Source: Chrysochromulina tobinii (lineage: Eukaryota). From it: DNA of 40,935 bases. How positions within the stretch are numbered: position 1 is the stretch's first letter; each line of letters starts with the position of its first letter. The translations under genes were made by a program, and so were the position numbers. This document shows, piece by piece, positions 10,718 to 20,909 of this stretch. The notes below the pieces were generated by a model. The model made no database searches, was not told the origin of the DNA, and saw only the letters and a program-made list of their open reading frames with translations. The stretch covers positions 1 to 40,935 of the forward strand of contig JWZX01001827.1 of the NCBI GenBank assembly GCA_001275005.1, written 5' to 3'.

Positions 10718-11827
10718 ATGCCGACCGCCCTCGCAATCACCTTCACGATCAGCGCGCTGCTGCACGGCAAGGCCTCTAATAGCCGTTTGACTGATGCGCC
10801 TATGCGGAGTATTGCGGCTGTCCGCCGCGCCCACGTGGCCGCAGTCGTCATGGCCGCACTGGACCGTACCTTTGTCTCGGAAGTCTACGACCGCATCTCG
10901 CCGTCAGTGGCACTCATCATGCCACGAGGCGTGCGCAACACGAGCGCACAAGGAAGCGGCTTCGTCGTCGCCGTCAACGGCACCCGCTACATTCTGACGA
11001 GCGCTCACGTAGCGGCCGGCGGCATGACCGTCGAGGTAGCTTTTCCTGCCGATGGTTTCACCAAGCGGCACAACGCATCGGTCGTCGGCCGCGCACCCGG
11101 CGGCGAGGACCTCGCCTTACTTGCGCTGAACGACGCCAAGGTCGTCGAGAGCCTGGCTCCTCTTGATTTCGGCGATTCGGGATCGTTGCGCCCTGGTTGC
11201 TTCGTGATTGCTTTGGGCCATCCTTCGGGCATCAGGGGCGCTGTGACTCTGGGCGTGCTCTCTGGCCGCATGGAGCTGCCCTCGTTTGGCTCCGCAACTG
11301 GCTCGGCGGAGCAGGACGGCGGCGAGAATGATGACGACGACGCCGCCGCAGGCACCAAGAAGACGCCCTTCCTCGTGACCGACGCTGCCCTTGCCGGTGG
11401 CATGTCGGGCGGCCCTCTGTGCGGTGACGATGGGCGTGTGTATGGCGTCAACACCCTTGTCGACGGTCGGCTGCGCGGGCTGGGCAACCTGGCGATCAGC
11501 AGCGATCGTGCGCGCGAGGTGGTCCTCGCCATCGCCGCGCAAAAGGAGGTTGAGTCCCAGTCCCGAGCCATCAGGCTACTCCTCTTCAACGACCGTTTCA
11601 ATTCGCGTGCTCGCGTTCTAGGCGTGTTGCAGGAGTCTGGGTTGAGCGAGGAGGAGGCGAACGCCGCGATGATGGGCGCGCACACGAGCGGCCGAGGCGT
11701 CGTGCGTGTCTTCGGCAGAGCCGCGGATGGCACGCCCTTGACCGATGAGACCCTCGAGGCGGCCGAAAAGCTCCGTGCTGATCTGGCGGCGCGAGATCTG
11801 CTCGTGGAGCTCGAGCGCGTGTACTGA
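10718..11827 (+). CDS. Deg/HtrA-like trypsin serine protease fused to a C-terminal ClpS-like domain
   Basis: GSGFVV, ILTSAHV (His), EDLALL (Asp), TDAALAGGMSGGPL (Ser), VIALGHPSG, GVNT. C-terminal IRLLLFNDRFNSRARVLGVL...LSEEEANAAMMGAHTSGRGVV...AEKLRADLAARDLLVELE matches the ClpS pattern. Hydrophobic N-terminus. Confidence 0.88.
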   Translation: MPTALAITFTISALLHGKASNSRLTDAPMRSIAAVRRAHVAAVVMAALDRTFVSEVYDRISPSVALIMPRGVRNTSAQGSGFVVAVNGTRYILTSAHVAAGGMTVEVAFPADGFTKRHNASVVGRAPGGEDLALLALNDAKVVESLAPLDFGDSGSLRPGCFVIALGHPSGIRGAVTLGVLSGRMELPSFGSATGSAEQDGGENDDDDAAAGTKKTPFLVTDAALAGGMSGGPLCGDDGRVYGVNTLVDGRLRGLGNLAISSDRAREVVLAIAAQKEVESQSRAIRLLLFNDRFNSRARVLGVLQESGLSEEEANAAMMGAHTSGRGVVRVFGRAADGTPLTDETLEAAEKLRADLAARDLLVELERVY

Positions 11828-12209
11828 GAGACGCGAAGCTGCCGCGTGGATCTCGAGCGCGTGTACCGCCTGTGAGCTGCGGAGTACGCTGCTCGAGTTA
11901 CGGTTTCCAGCGCGTCGTCCTCGTGTACGGTTTCCAGCGCGTCGTCCTCGTGTGAGAGCGCCTTCTGCGTCTTGGTCTTGAAGCTCACGAGTGAACCGCG
12001 CTCCCGTCTCCTGAACTGAGACGAGACTTAGCTATGCACGTATAGACGGAGAGAGACCGGTGCTGCTTTACTCGCGGGGCATGTGTGGGTACTGGGTACC
12101 ACTGCACACAGTCACACACTGGTCTTTCCTCACACCGCCGTCTGCTTCGGATCAGGTTTCTAACAATCTAAGCGCGGAGACGTCATAGACGAGATATAAA
12201 CAGAAAGCC

Positions 12210-12239
12210 TAGGTGAGGAATCCGCGGATTCCTCACCTA
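12210..12239. repeat. Perfect 30-bp palindrome
   Basis: TAGGTGAGGAATCCG|CGGATTCCTCACCTA. Confidence 0.95.
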
Positions 12240-12714
12240 CGCGGCGCGCGTTTCGAAACGTTCGACGTGTATGAAGAATGTGGGGAATCGGCTGATTGTA
12301 TTCGATCCCGCAATGATTTGAACCGAATTGTCAATTGGCACGTCCTGCTCGAAGCGCGCAGGGCATTCATCAGGAGTAAAAGCACAGAGTTACATTCAAC
12401 ATTGATCTTTTAACTTTTATGAAGCTGAATTTGCCAGGTGGAGGGTCGGCCGGTCGGGCTAGGCCGGGTCCCGAGACCCGACCCGGATGGTTCGGTTCGG
12501 TTACCATTGGCCATGACTCGGAACGCCTCCATGATAAATATCATGAACGTGGATCAACAAAACTAGGTCCACCAGAACATACATCATCCAGCCACCAAGT
12601 TGTGTAGTTGACCAGTGGGTCCATCAACCTTCACCTTGAAGGAGTGGGGCTCTAACCTGGCTTCTCTCAGCTAGTGCTAGATCCCAGTCTTAGACCTCGT
12701 GTTACCTCGTGTCT

Positions 12715-12965
12715 TCTCGTGTCGAGGTCTGTCGAGGTCTGTCGAGCTGTCGAGCTGAGTGTCGAGCTTGACACTTGACAGGCCGGCACATGGAGTCAGA
12801 GGGGTTTCTGTCGAGTAGCTGTCAAGGTCTGTCGAGGTCTGTCGAGTAGCTGTCGAGCTATCAAGAGCTATCCTGTCGAGTAGCTGAAGCTGTCGTAGTG
12901 TCGAGTAGCCTGTCGTGTGTCGACGGTTCAATCGAGTTCCTGTCGACGGTTTCCTGTCGAGTTGT
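12715..12965. repeat. TGTCGAG-rich degenerate minisatellite, possible transposon subterminal repeats
   Basis: More than 15 copies of (C)TGTCGA(G)/TGTCAAG variants spaced about 8-13 nt apart in intergenic DNA. Confidence 0.8.
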
Positions 12966-13204
12966 GGCGAGGCCAGGGCTCAAATCATGTTTTAACTATG
13001 TCGCGTTCATACCGACTGATAGATAATTTTCGGTCGTTCTCCGCCGTCCGTTCATGGTCTAAAGACTCGGAATACGGTGCATGCGTGCCCGAGCTCGTAC
13101 GTCGTAGCGACGTTGCGTCAAGATCGCGCGACTTGTACCTCGACAGGATGTTGCTGCTGTGAGAGATGCATGCGTGTGGGGTGGGCTCGCCGTCCCGCCC
13201 ACCT

Positions 13205-16200
13205 CTACTCCCCCTCTCCCCTCGGTGAGCCCGGCGTGAGGGGCCGTGCATCGCCCAAGGGACCCAGTCCCAGTCCCTTGGCATCGCCACGTGACACGGG
13301 CCGTGATAACCGACTCGAGCCGACTCGAGACACGGGCCGAGGAGACACGCTGCCCGCCGGCTGCCCGCCGCGAGACACGGGCCTGCCCGACAAGTCTCCG
13401 CCGCGAGACACGGGCCGTGATGTGAGGAGCTGCCCCGCGCCGCTCCTCGCGGGCGCAGGCTCCTCCTCGGGTGGCAGTGAGTCGTCCACCTCGAGAATCG
13501 TCACCTCGTGCATCTTCTTGATGACCGTACGCGGCTCCTTGAGCTTCTCCTGAAAATCTACGATGGTGGCGTTGAGCTCGTTGAGCACTTGTATGTTGGG
13601 CATCGGCCGAAGCGTATCGTGGACGCCGGCGGCGCGCTGCACGTCCTTGAGAGGCCGCAGCTCGAGCGAGGCTTCTGGGTCTTTGCCCGATTCCCTCAGC
13701 CGCTGCTGCAGTACCTGACATGCTGCGTCCGCTTTCGTGAACTTATCCGCGAGCACGGCCGCCTCAGCCTTCTTCTTCTCGTGGGCCGCCTGCAACAGCT
13801 CGTGCTGAGCCCGCAACAGCGCTTGTTGCTCCTCAGCCGTGGTCGCCGCCTGCTTGGCCTCCAGCGCCTGCTCGCGCGTGAGGGTGAGGCTGCGCTCGTT
13901 CCGCTCCGCCGCGCTGTTCAGCTCCGCCAGCTGCTCTTGCAGCTTCGTGAGCTCTACCGCCTGCTCATTGCTTAGCGTCTCCTTACCCGCCAGCCTTTCC
14001 CGCAGCTTGGACGAGTCCTGCTCAAGCCGCTTGACCTTGAGCTCGAGCTCAGGGATCAATCTGCCCTTTTGCTCGCAGTTTTCCTGCACGTCGCGCAGGT
14101 CCTTGCGAAGCTGATCATTCTTGAGCTGCTCGCGCTTAATGTCGTTCGCTGCGCTCGCCTGCTCGCCCTGTAGCTTCTTCAGGCGTTGGTGCAGCTCCTC
14201 GGACTCCTCCTTCGCCTTGAGGGTCATCTGCTGCTGTGCTGAGAGCTCGCGCTGCGCCTCGCCAAGCTGCTCGCGGATGCCGGCAATCTTCTCCTCGTTC
14301 GGCGCAGCGGCGACGATAGCCTCGTCGAGCGCCTTTTGTAACCGCTCGTTCTCAGCCTGCAGTCGGATCACCTCTGCCTTGCGTACCTTGTGCACCTTCG
14401 GGTTGCTCGTCTCGGCAGTCAGCGGCTCGGCATCGTCCTCGGCGCCCTCCTCAAGGCCCTGCAACTTGGCGCCCAGCTCGCTCACGTGCGTAAGCAGCTC
14501 AGCGTTCCGGTCATGCAGCGCCTTGGCCTCCTCTCGCGTCTTGGACAGGTCATCGCGGGCGACCGCGAGCGCGTCGTCGTGCGCCGTCTGCTTGCCGAGC
14601 GCCTCTTTTTTGAACGCCTCGAAGGCACTCTTGGTCTCTTGCAGCTGCTTCTCGAGCTCGCTCGCACTGCTCTTTACGTTGTTGAACTCGATCTTCTTCA
14701 GCTCGATCTGCTGCGTGAGCCCCGCCTTGGTGACCGCAAGCTGCTCCTGGTGAGCTTCCTCGAGCCTCTTGGCCATCATCTCTTTCATGCGCTTCAGGTA
14801 CTCTTCGAGCGGCTGGTCCTGCTCGCCCGCGGGCGCGGCCCTCTGAAAATCGTGCAGCGCGACCATTACGTCGTTCGTCACCTGCTGCTTGAACACGTAA
14901 CGCGACAGTATGGAGTTGACCACCTGGTTCTCGGCGAAGCTGCTGATCTCCATGCCACTCACTGGGCACACGGGCGGCACGCCCTTGGCATTCGCTTCGC
15001 TCACGAGCTCATCGAGCGTTCCGCGTGAGTACGTGACGCCGCTCGGAGAGACGACCACAGGATTGACGAACAGCTTGGTCGTCTGTGGGTCCGTCAGGTC
15101 GATCTGCAGCGCTTCGTCGATGAAGAGCGCGAAGGCGATGGTATTCTTCATTAGACCGAGCTGCACCTTCATGTCAGTCTCGCGCTTCAGAATCTCGCCC
15201 TGGATCTGGCTCGCAAAGTTCGCCATCTTGGCCGTGTGCCCTTGCAACGCGGAGAGCGAACCTTCCATCTCGGTCACCTCCCGCTGCTTGCGCACCACCT
15301 CCTCATCATAGGCCGTCTTTGCGCTCACCAGCCGCTTTTGCATCGCGAGCAGGTCGGCGCGCTTGCGCTCGAGCTGGTGCTTGAGCCCGTCAATCACCGC
15401 CTCCATCTCCCTTCGATTCGTCTCCTGCTGCCGCTGTCGCTCGGCCTCCTCCTCTGCTGCCTTGGCGTTACGCGCTTTGAGCGCCTCGATCTCCTTGAGC
15501 AGTTCCTCGATGCGAACGTCGCGCTTCCTGATCTCCTGGCGTAGGCGCTCGCCCTCCTTGTCAACGTCCGCGATCACACCGTGCATCCTCTCGACCTCCG
15601 CCTTCATGTCCTCATTCTCCTGCTCGAGGGCGCGCATGCGCGCCTCCGCGGCCTCGATGGCCGCAAGCCGCGACGCCAGCCCTGCCATCTTCGCCTTGAA
15701 GCGCTCGTCCAGGCCCTGAACGTCCTTCTGATGGGCCAACGCGAGCTTGGCCACCTCCTTCTTCATTACCTCGTACTGCTTCTTGACCTGATCCTCGAAG
15801 AGTCGGTTCAACTGCCTCGTTCGTTCGAGCACCGCCGCCTCCACCTGCGAGCGCTGCGATCCACCGAGCGACTGGGCGACTGTCGGGTCCATCGGAGGCA
15901 GACTGTTGACGCCCGCGGGCCCCGGCGGCTGGTACGAGGCGAGCGGCAGCCCGGCGGCGTTCTCGACGCCCGGATGCGACGCTATGAGCGACTGCCGAAA
16001 CTGCTCCTCGGTGGATAAGAGTGCTTCCGAGCCCTCGGCCGTACGGACCGGCAGCTGGTCCCGGCCCACGTCGGCGTACACATCGCGGCGCGTCTTCCTG
16101 ATCGCTTCCTCGGACGGAGCGTCATGGCTGGCGAGCACGAGAAGCTGCGACGTGCGCCGCGCTGCACGAGCTAGTGCCACGCGCCCGCCTTCGGCGCGCG

Positions 16201-16576
16201 GCGCCATGGCGGTGGTCCGCCTCGAGCTCATCGAGGACCCCATGCGAGGCACGCCTGGCGGGCTGGGCTCAATGGCAGGTGCGCCGCCTGGTGCGGTCAG
16301 CGGCGGCAGCGGCAGCGGCGGCAAGATTTCAGGAAAGTTTCCCAGCGCAGCTCGCTGCTGCTCCGCGGTGCGCTGGGCGTTCTCGCGCTCCGCCTGCCGC
16401 AGGTCTGCCTCCGCAGCAGCCAGGATGGCGGCCGGAGTCTCGTGGGCGTTCAGCCGTCGCACCTCCTCCTGTGCAGGTGCGAGTGCTGCGGCAGTCACGC
16501 GCGGTGATGCCGCTGGCGTGTACGCTCTGCTGGAGGGCCTTGCCACCTCCGGCAGCATCGGGTCTAGCATCGGCAT
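13205..16576 (-). CDS. Long coiled-coil protein with central U-box domain (putative E3 ligase)
   Basis: About 1120 aa ORF; LTDPQTTKLFVNPVVVSPSGVTYSRGTLDELV...CPVSGMEISSFAENQVVNSILSRY fits the U-box pattern; heptad-rich flanks; C-terminal RPVSR repeats. Confidence 0.82.
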   Translation of the reverse strand: MPMLDPMLPEVARPSSRAYTPAASPRVTAAALAPAQEEVRRLNAHETPAAILAAAEADLRQAERENAQRTAEQQRAALGNFPEILPPLPLPPLTAPGGAPAIEPSPPGVPRMGSSMSSRRTTAMAPRAEGGRVALARAARRTSQLLVLASHDAPSEEAIRKTRRDVYADVGRDQLPVRTAEGSEALLSTEEQFRQSLIASHPGVENAAGLPLASYQPPGPAGVNSLPPMDPTVAQSLGGSQRSQVEAAVLERTRQLNRLFEDQVKKQYEVMKKEVAKLALAHQKDVQGLDERFKAKMAGLASRLAAIEAAEARMRALEQENEDMKAEVERMHGVIADVDKEGERLRQEIRKRDVRIEELLKEIEALKARNAKAAEEEAERQRQQETNRREMEAVIDGLKHQLERKRADLLAMQKRLVSAKTAYDEEVVRKQREVTEMEGSLSALQGHTAKMANFASQIQGEILKRETDMKVQLGLMKNTIAFALFIDEALQIDLTDPQTTKLFVNPVVVSPSGVTYSRGTLDELVSEANAKGVPPVCPVSGMEISSFAENQVVNSILSRYVFKQQVTNDVMVALHDFQRAAPAGEQDQPLEEYLKRMKEMMAKRLEEAHQEQLAVTKAGLTQQIELKKIEFNNVKSSASELEKQLQETKSAFEAFKKEALGKQTAHDDALAVARDDLSKTREEAKALHDRNAELLTHVSELGAKLQGLEEGAEDDAEPLTAETSNPKVHKVRKAEVIRLQAENERLQKALDEAIVAAAPNEEKIAGIREQLGEAQRELSAQQQMTLKAKEESEELHQRLKKLQGEQASAANDIKREQLKNDQLRKDLRDVQENCEQKGRLIPELELKVKRLEQDSSKLRERLAGKETLSNEQAVELTKLQEQLAELNSAAERNERSLTLTREQALEAKQAATTAEEQQALLRAQHELLQAAHEKKKAEAAVLADKFTKADAACQVLQQRLRESGKDPEASLELRPLKDVQRAAGVHDTLRPMPNIQVLNELNATIVDFQEKLKEPRTVIKKMHEVTILEVDDSLPPEEEPAPARSGAGQLLTSRPVSRGGDLSGRPVSRGGQPAGSVSPRPVSRVGSSRLSRPVSRGDAKGLGLGPLGDARPLTPGSPRGEGE

Positions 16577-17341
16577 TCTTAGTGGGCTTCGACTGCGGAC
16601 CCAGTGTCGGGAAACAAGGAACGAAAGGTCGTTCAGGTCGGCCGTCGCTCTTCGCACAAGTGGTCCCAAGAGAGAGTGGTGGTTTCATTCGGTGCGGACT
16701 TCGCGATAAGCGAAACTAAAGCGAAACTTGTATGTTTGTCCGCGCCTTTCATGAGCGGCGAAGATAGTGTACGACTGAAGATGTGCGTCAGCAACGATCC
16801 CTGCGACGCGCACGACGGGTATGACGTATGACGATGAATGGACGCCTAGCTTCCTCCGCTGGCGGACGATTAGGACGAGCCTATCTGGCACTAATCGTTC
16901 GAACTATTCGTACTGCATGGAAGTACACTGCAGTTGACGTATCGAATCAAGTCATGCACGGCGCCGGCATGTGGTGAGGTTTCCAAAAATCATTTTACAA
17001 AAATGATAAAATCTGGATAAAATGATTCACTCAATGATTGAGATTTTTGTTGAATGATGAGGTGACGGCCCAGTTGTACAGCTCCTGGTCGACCGTAGCA
17101 AACTGCAGCGCAGGCTTGGCTGCCTTTTCGTGGCATTGAGACAAATTGTACTCGGGGCTTCCGACGTTCACACCTTTCACAGCCAATGTTTATAACTCGA
17201 CACCCAAGATACCGGACCGGCGTACATACGTGTGCGGTTACAACTAGATCGGGGACCCCTGGACCCCCTATCACAGCCTTTCACAGCCAATGTTTATAAT
17301 TCGACACCTACTGTAGGAATATTCCTACTGAAGGCGTCGAA

Positions 17342-20264
17342 ATGCCGCCCCCTCTCTTCGAGCTCTGGCAGGAGCGCGCATGCACATGGCCTCCCTTTGG
17401 AACCACGCCGCTACCCGAGGCCGAGCTAATCGCCTTCCTCACGCACAGTAAGCGATGGGTTGGGCGCTCACGCAAGGCCGACGTCCTCGCCACCTTTGAG
17501 GACTGGGCTGCGTGCATGCGCACACTCGCAGACAACCCATTCGTGATGCTGCGCGAGGCGGCGGCCGAGCACATCGTCGGTGGCACACTGGCCATGCTTC
17601 ACAAGGTGGGAATCGATGAGACTGATGATGCCGTGCTGCTGGGGCGTTGTACGCTCGCCGAGCGCTGGTGCGCCGAGTTCCTGCGCAGCATAAGTGGCGC
17701 GGGCTGTGCTCCTGGACCGAGCTTTGCGAGCCGCGTCGACGCGGCGTTCGCCTTTGAGGCGGACGCCCTGCTCATAGCGCAGCGCCATGCCATGACATCG
17801 AGCGTCGTGCGCGAGCTGCGCGCTGCTCGAAGCAGCCCACGTCGTACGGACTCCAGCAGCGGCGGCGGGCCTGCGACGCTCCTCGCACCGCTCGCGGTGG
17901 AGCTGGCGAAGAGTGCGCGAGCGTCGTGCCGAGCGGCGTGGCCGCTCGTGGCGGAGCTGTGCCAGCACGGCATGCGCCTGCCCCCCGAAGCGGCACGTGC
18001 GTTGCTCGACGCGTGGGCACCGCACGCCGACGCCGCCTCGCACCGTGCCTGCCTCGCTGGGCTTCTGGTCGCGCATCCGCCACTACTGGTCGCGTGCGTG
18101 GAGGAGTTACTCAGCCTTCTGCAGGGGAATCTCGCCCTCGTGGCCCTTGCGAACGCGTCGATGCTTGCTCCGCTGACTAGTCGAGCCGTTGCTGCCGCCG
18201 CCGTCGTCGGCACTGTCACCGCCTCCCCCACGCGCCGCCGCTGCCGCCCTCGGTGCGGGCGCCGCCGTGGGCGCACCGCGGGCGGTGCTGGCCGACGGCC
18301 ACGGCGACGAGGGGTGGCATGCGCTCAAGCGGCAGGCGACCGGGGGTGCCGGGGGTGCCGGGGGCACGCCGTCCCCATTCTCGCGGCTCGAACGCGCCGT
18401 GTCGGGCGCATGGGCGGCTCTCGCACTCGCGCTGCCTCCGCTGCCGCTGCTGGCGGCTGCGTGCGCGGCCTCCCGCACGGCACGCGCACAGGCGGAGGCG
18501 GCTCTGTGGCCACTCGCGAGAGGCGAGGTAGTGGGCGGAGCCGAGGCGCAAGGAGCTGCTGCGCCCGCAGCAACGACGCCCGTGCCCACGACGGCGCCTT
18601 CGCCGAAGCGCCAACGGCTGACCGAAACGGCGCCCGTGCCGTCCGAAACGTCCGCCGCGGCCCTTACGCTGCTGCGCTTGCTGCGGTGCGCCCATGCCCT
18701 TGGCAACACGGGCGATGCGGCTGGCGCGGCCGAGGAAGGTGACGCAGACGAGCGAGACGACTTACGGCAGCTCCGATGGCGCCTTAACCTCGCATGCACG
18801 CCCGCAGCCTTGGCGCTCGTGCACGCGGAATGCGTGCGGCTGCTGCGGAGCGCGGCGGGACGGGCTACGGAAGCCGAGCGCCGCTACGATCGCATCATCC
18901 AGGATGCAACTGCGGCGATGGAGGCGGCTCATGTGGCGGCGTGCGCGGCGGCGGCACGCGTGGACGGGGCAGACCCTCATAAGGAAGGTAGTGGTGGTGA
19001 GGCGGCGGCGTGTGGCGACCCCAATGAGGACGGCGACGACGAGGAGGAGCCGGATCAGCTGGCGGCGGTGATGCGGGCGGTGGCAGCCGAAGCGGCAGTT
19101 GAGGAGGCATCACGGCGGCTCCGACGCTCTTACGGCGCGGCAAGCGCCGAGGCGGACGCAGCCGTCGCGTCGGCGCATCGGCTGCGCGTGCGTGTGTGGA
19201 GCGCCGTCGCGCTCACTACTGGCTGGGCTCCTCTTGCTTTGAGCGAAGCGCTTCGCCAATCAGTGAGGCCCCGAACCGGCGCCGTCGTGGGCGGTCACAC
19301 CTGCGCAAGTGTGGCCGGTGACGAAGCCGAGCATACAGCCGAGCACGCCCCCAAAGGGCACTCCCTCGAGACCGCTGCATGCATCGACTTCGTGGCATGG
19401 TGCGCGTGCCCCGTGGCGGGGCTGCTCGAAGGCTGCCCGCACCCGATCTCGCACCCAATCTCGCACCCGATCTCGCACCCAATCTCGCACCCGATCTCGC
19501 ACCCGATCTCGCACCCGATCTCGCACCCGATCTCGCACCCAATCTCGCCTGGCCAAGGCTCAGCTTTACCGGTGGCCGTCGCGGGTGGCGCCGGCGGCGA
19601 CACCACGTCGAATGGAGAGACGTCGCCGCCGCCGCGGGCACTTGGCGCAGAGCTGCGCGAATGGCTCTCGCTGTTGCTACCGGTGGTCGCGCAGGCAGCA
19701 CTGGCGGCGCAATACGCGAACGGGTCGGTCGAGGCTCCGGACGCTGTGAACGACGCTGCGAACGACGCTGTGAACGACGCTGCGAACGACGCTGCGAACG
19801 CCACTCAAGCCGCGCACATCTTGGGACTGGCGAGAGAGTGGCGAGCGCGGCGCGGCGCACACGGCGGGCTGCTCTGGCAGGCGTTGCTCGCGGCGACGCC
19901 TCTCGCACCGAGCCCGCATTGGTGGCTGCGTGCAGTGCTCGCCGCAGCGCGCACAGCCTCAGCTGCGGCCGGCTCGAGTGCCAAAGTGCTCGGCACAGCG
20001 CGCTTCGAGGGCCAAGTGCTCGGGTGGCTGTGGCAGCTGGGTGCCGCGAACCTGATGGCGCCTTTGGTGGACGGAGGCGCCCACGAAGGCGTCCACGGAG
20101 AGGATGAGCAGCGGCCGCCGTCGAAAGCACGGGCAGAGGTGAATGCTGCGATCTTCGAGGTGGCTGGTGCGCTGCTGGTTGGTGCTGGCCAAGAGCGAGA
20201 GGACCGTCGAGCAGCAGTGCGGAAGAGCGTGGAGCTGCTGCGAGAACTACTTGTAGAGGCATGA
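17342..20264 (+). CDS. Large Ala/Leu-rich helical hypothetical protein split by one frameshift near 18225-18230
   Basis: ORF 17342 reads coding-like to about 18229 and ORF 18189-20264 reads coding-like from about 18231; +1 frame offset at a C5 run. Confidence 0.55.
19440..19548. repeat. 12-nt tandem repeat (CACCCRATCTCG)x9, reading (HPIS)n
   Basis: Direct inspection. Confidence 0.95.
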
Positions 20265-20411
20265 CACATGAGAGTTTCGAGGAAGGAACATGTAGTAGAC
20301 ATGGGTCGCTAACCACCCAAGACGCAGCATCCGGCGGACCCGGTGGTGCACACCTACATTCACACACATGGTTCACACTGGTTCACACTCCGGCTCCCCT
20401 GAAGTCTTTCC

Positions 20412-20909
20412 ATGGTCGAACCGTCACCTCCGCCGCCGCCATGGCCTCAGCCACCGGAGCCGTCTCCGCCATCGCCTCATCCACTCGGCCACATCGTGCT
20501 CGGCTCGCTGCTCTCAGGCGAACAAGTGTTCGACCTGGGAGATCTGGAGGTCCACCGTGGCATCACAAACGGGCCAGATGTACTATTGCACTCGATCGTG
20601 TCCATGATGAGTGCGGTCGTATTGCTGGTGCTTGCATGCTCATTGCGCGTGCAAGCACAGCCGCGACGGCGTGCGCCCGTAGCCAACGCGTATCCAGTGA
20701 TGCTCGCCTACGGTATGGTGCCGACAAGTGAGATGACCATCGCCACCTCGGAAGATTTGGGCGAGGTTGGCATCCCGATAGCTGTCGGCCAACGAATCGA
20801 TCTCATCCTGCAACCGATAGCGCCCGTCGTAGACGCACGGGAGACTTTGGAGGAGTCGTCATCGGTTGCTCCTGAACGAGCGTCGAACCCTAGGCGAGAA
20901 GAAGGGTAG
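20412..20909 (+). CDS. Small single-pass membrane hypothetical protein
   Basis: ATG-start 165 aa ORF; Pro-rich N-terminus and one hydrophobic segment (VLLHSIVSMMSAVVLLVLACSL). Confidence 0.5.
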   Translation: MVEPSPPPPPWPQPPEPSPPSPHPLGHIVLGSLLSGEQVFDLGDLEVHRGITNGPDVLLHSIVSMMSAVVLLVLACSLRVQAQPRRRAPVANAYPVMLAYGMVPTSEMTIATSEDLGEVGIPIAVGQRIDLILQPIAPVVDARETLEESSSVAPERASNPRREEG

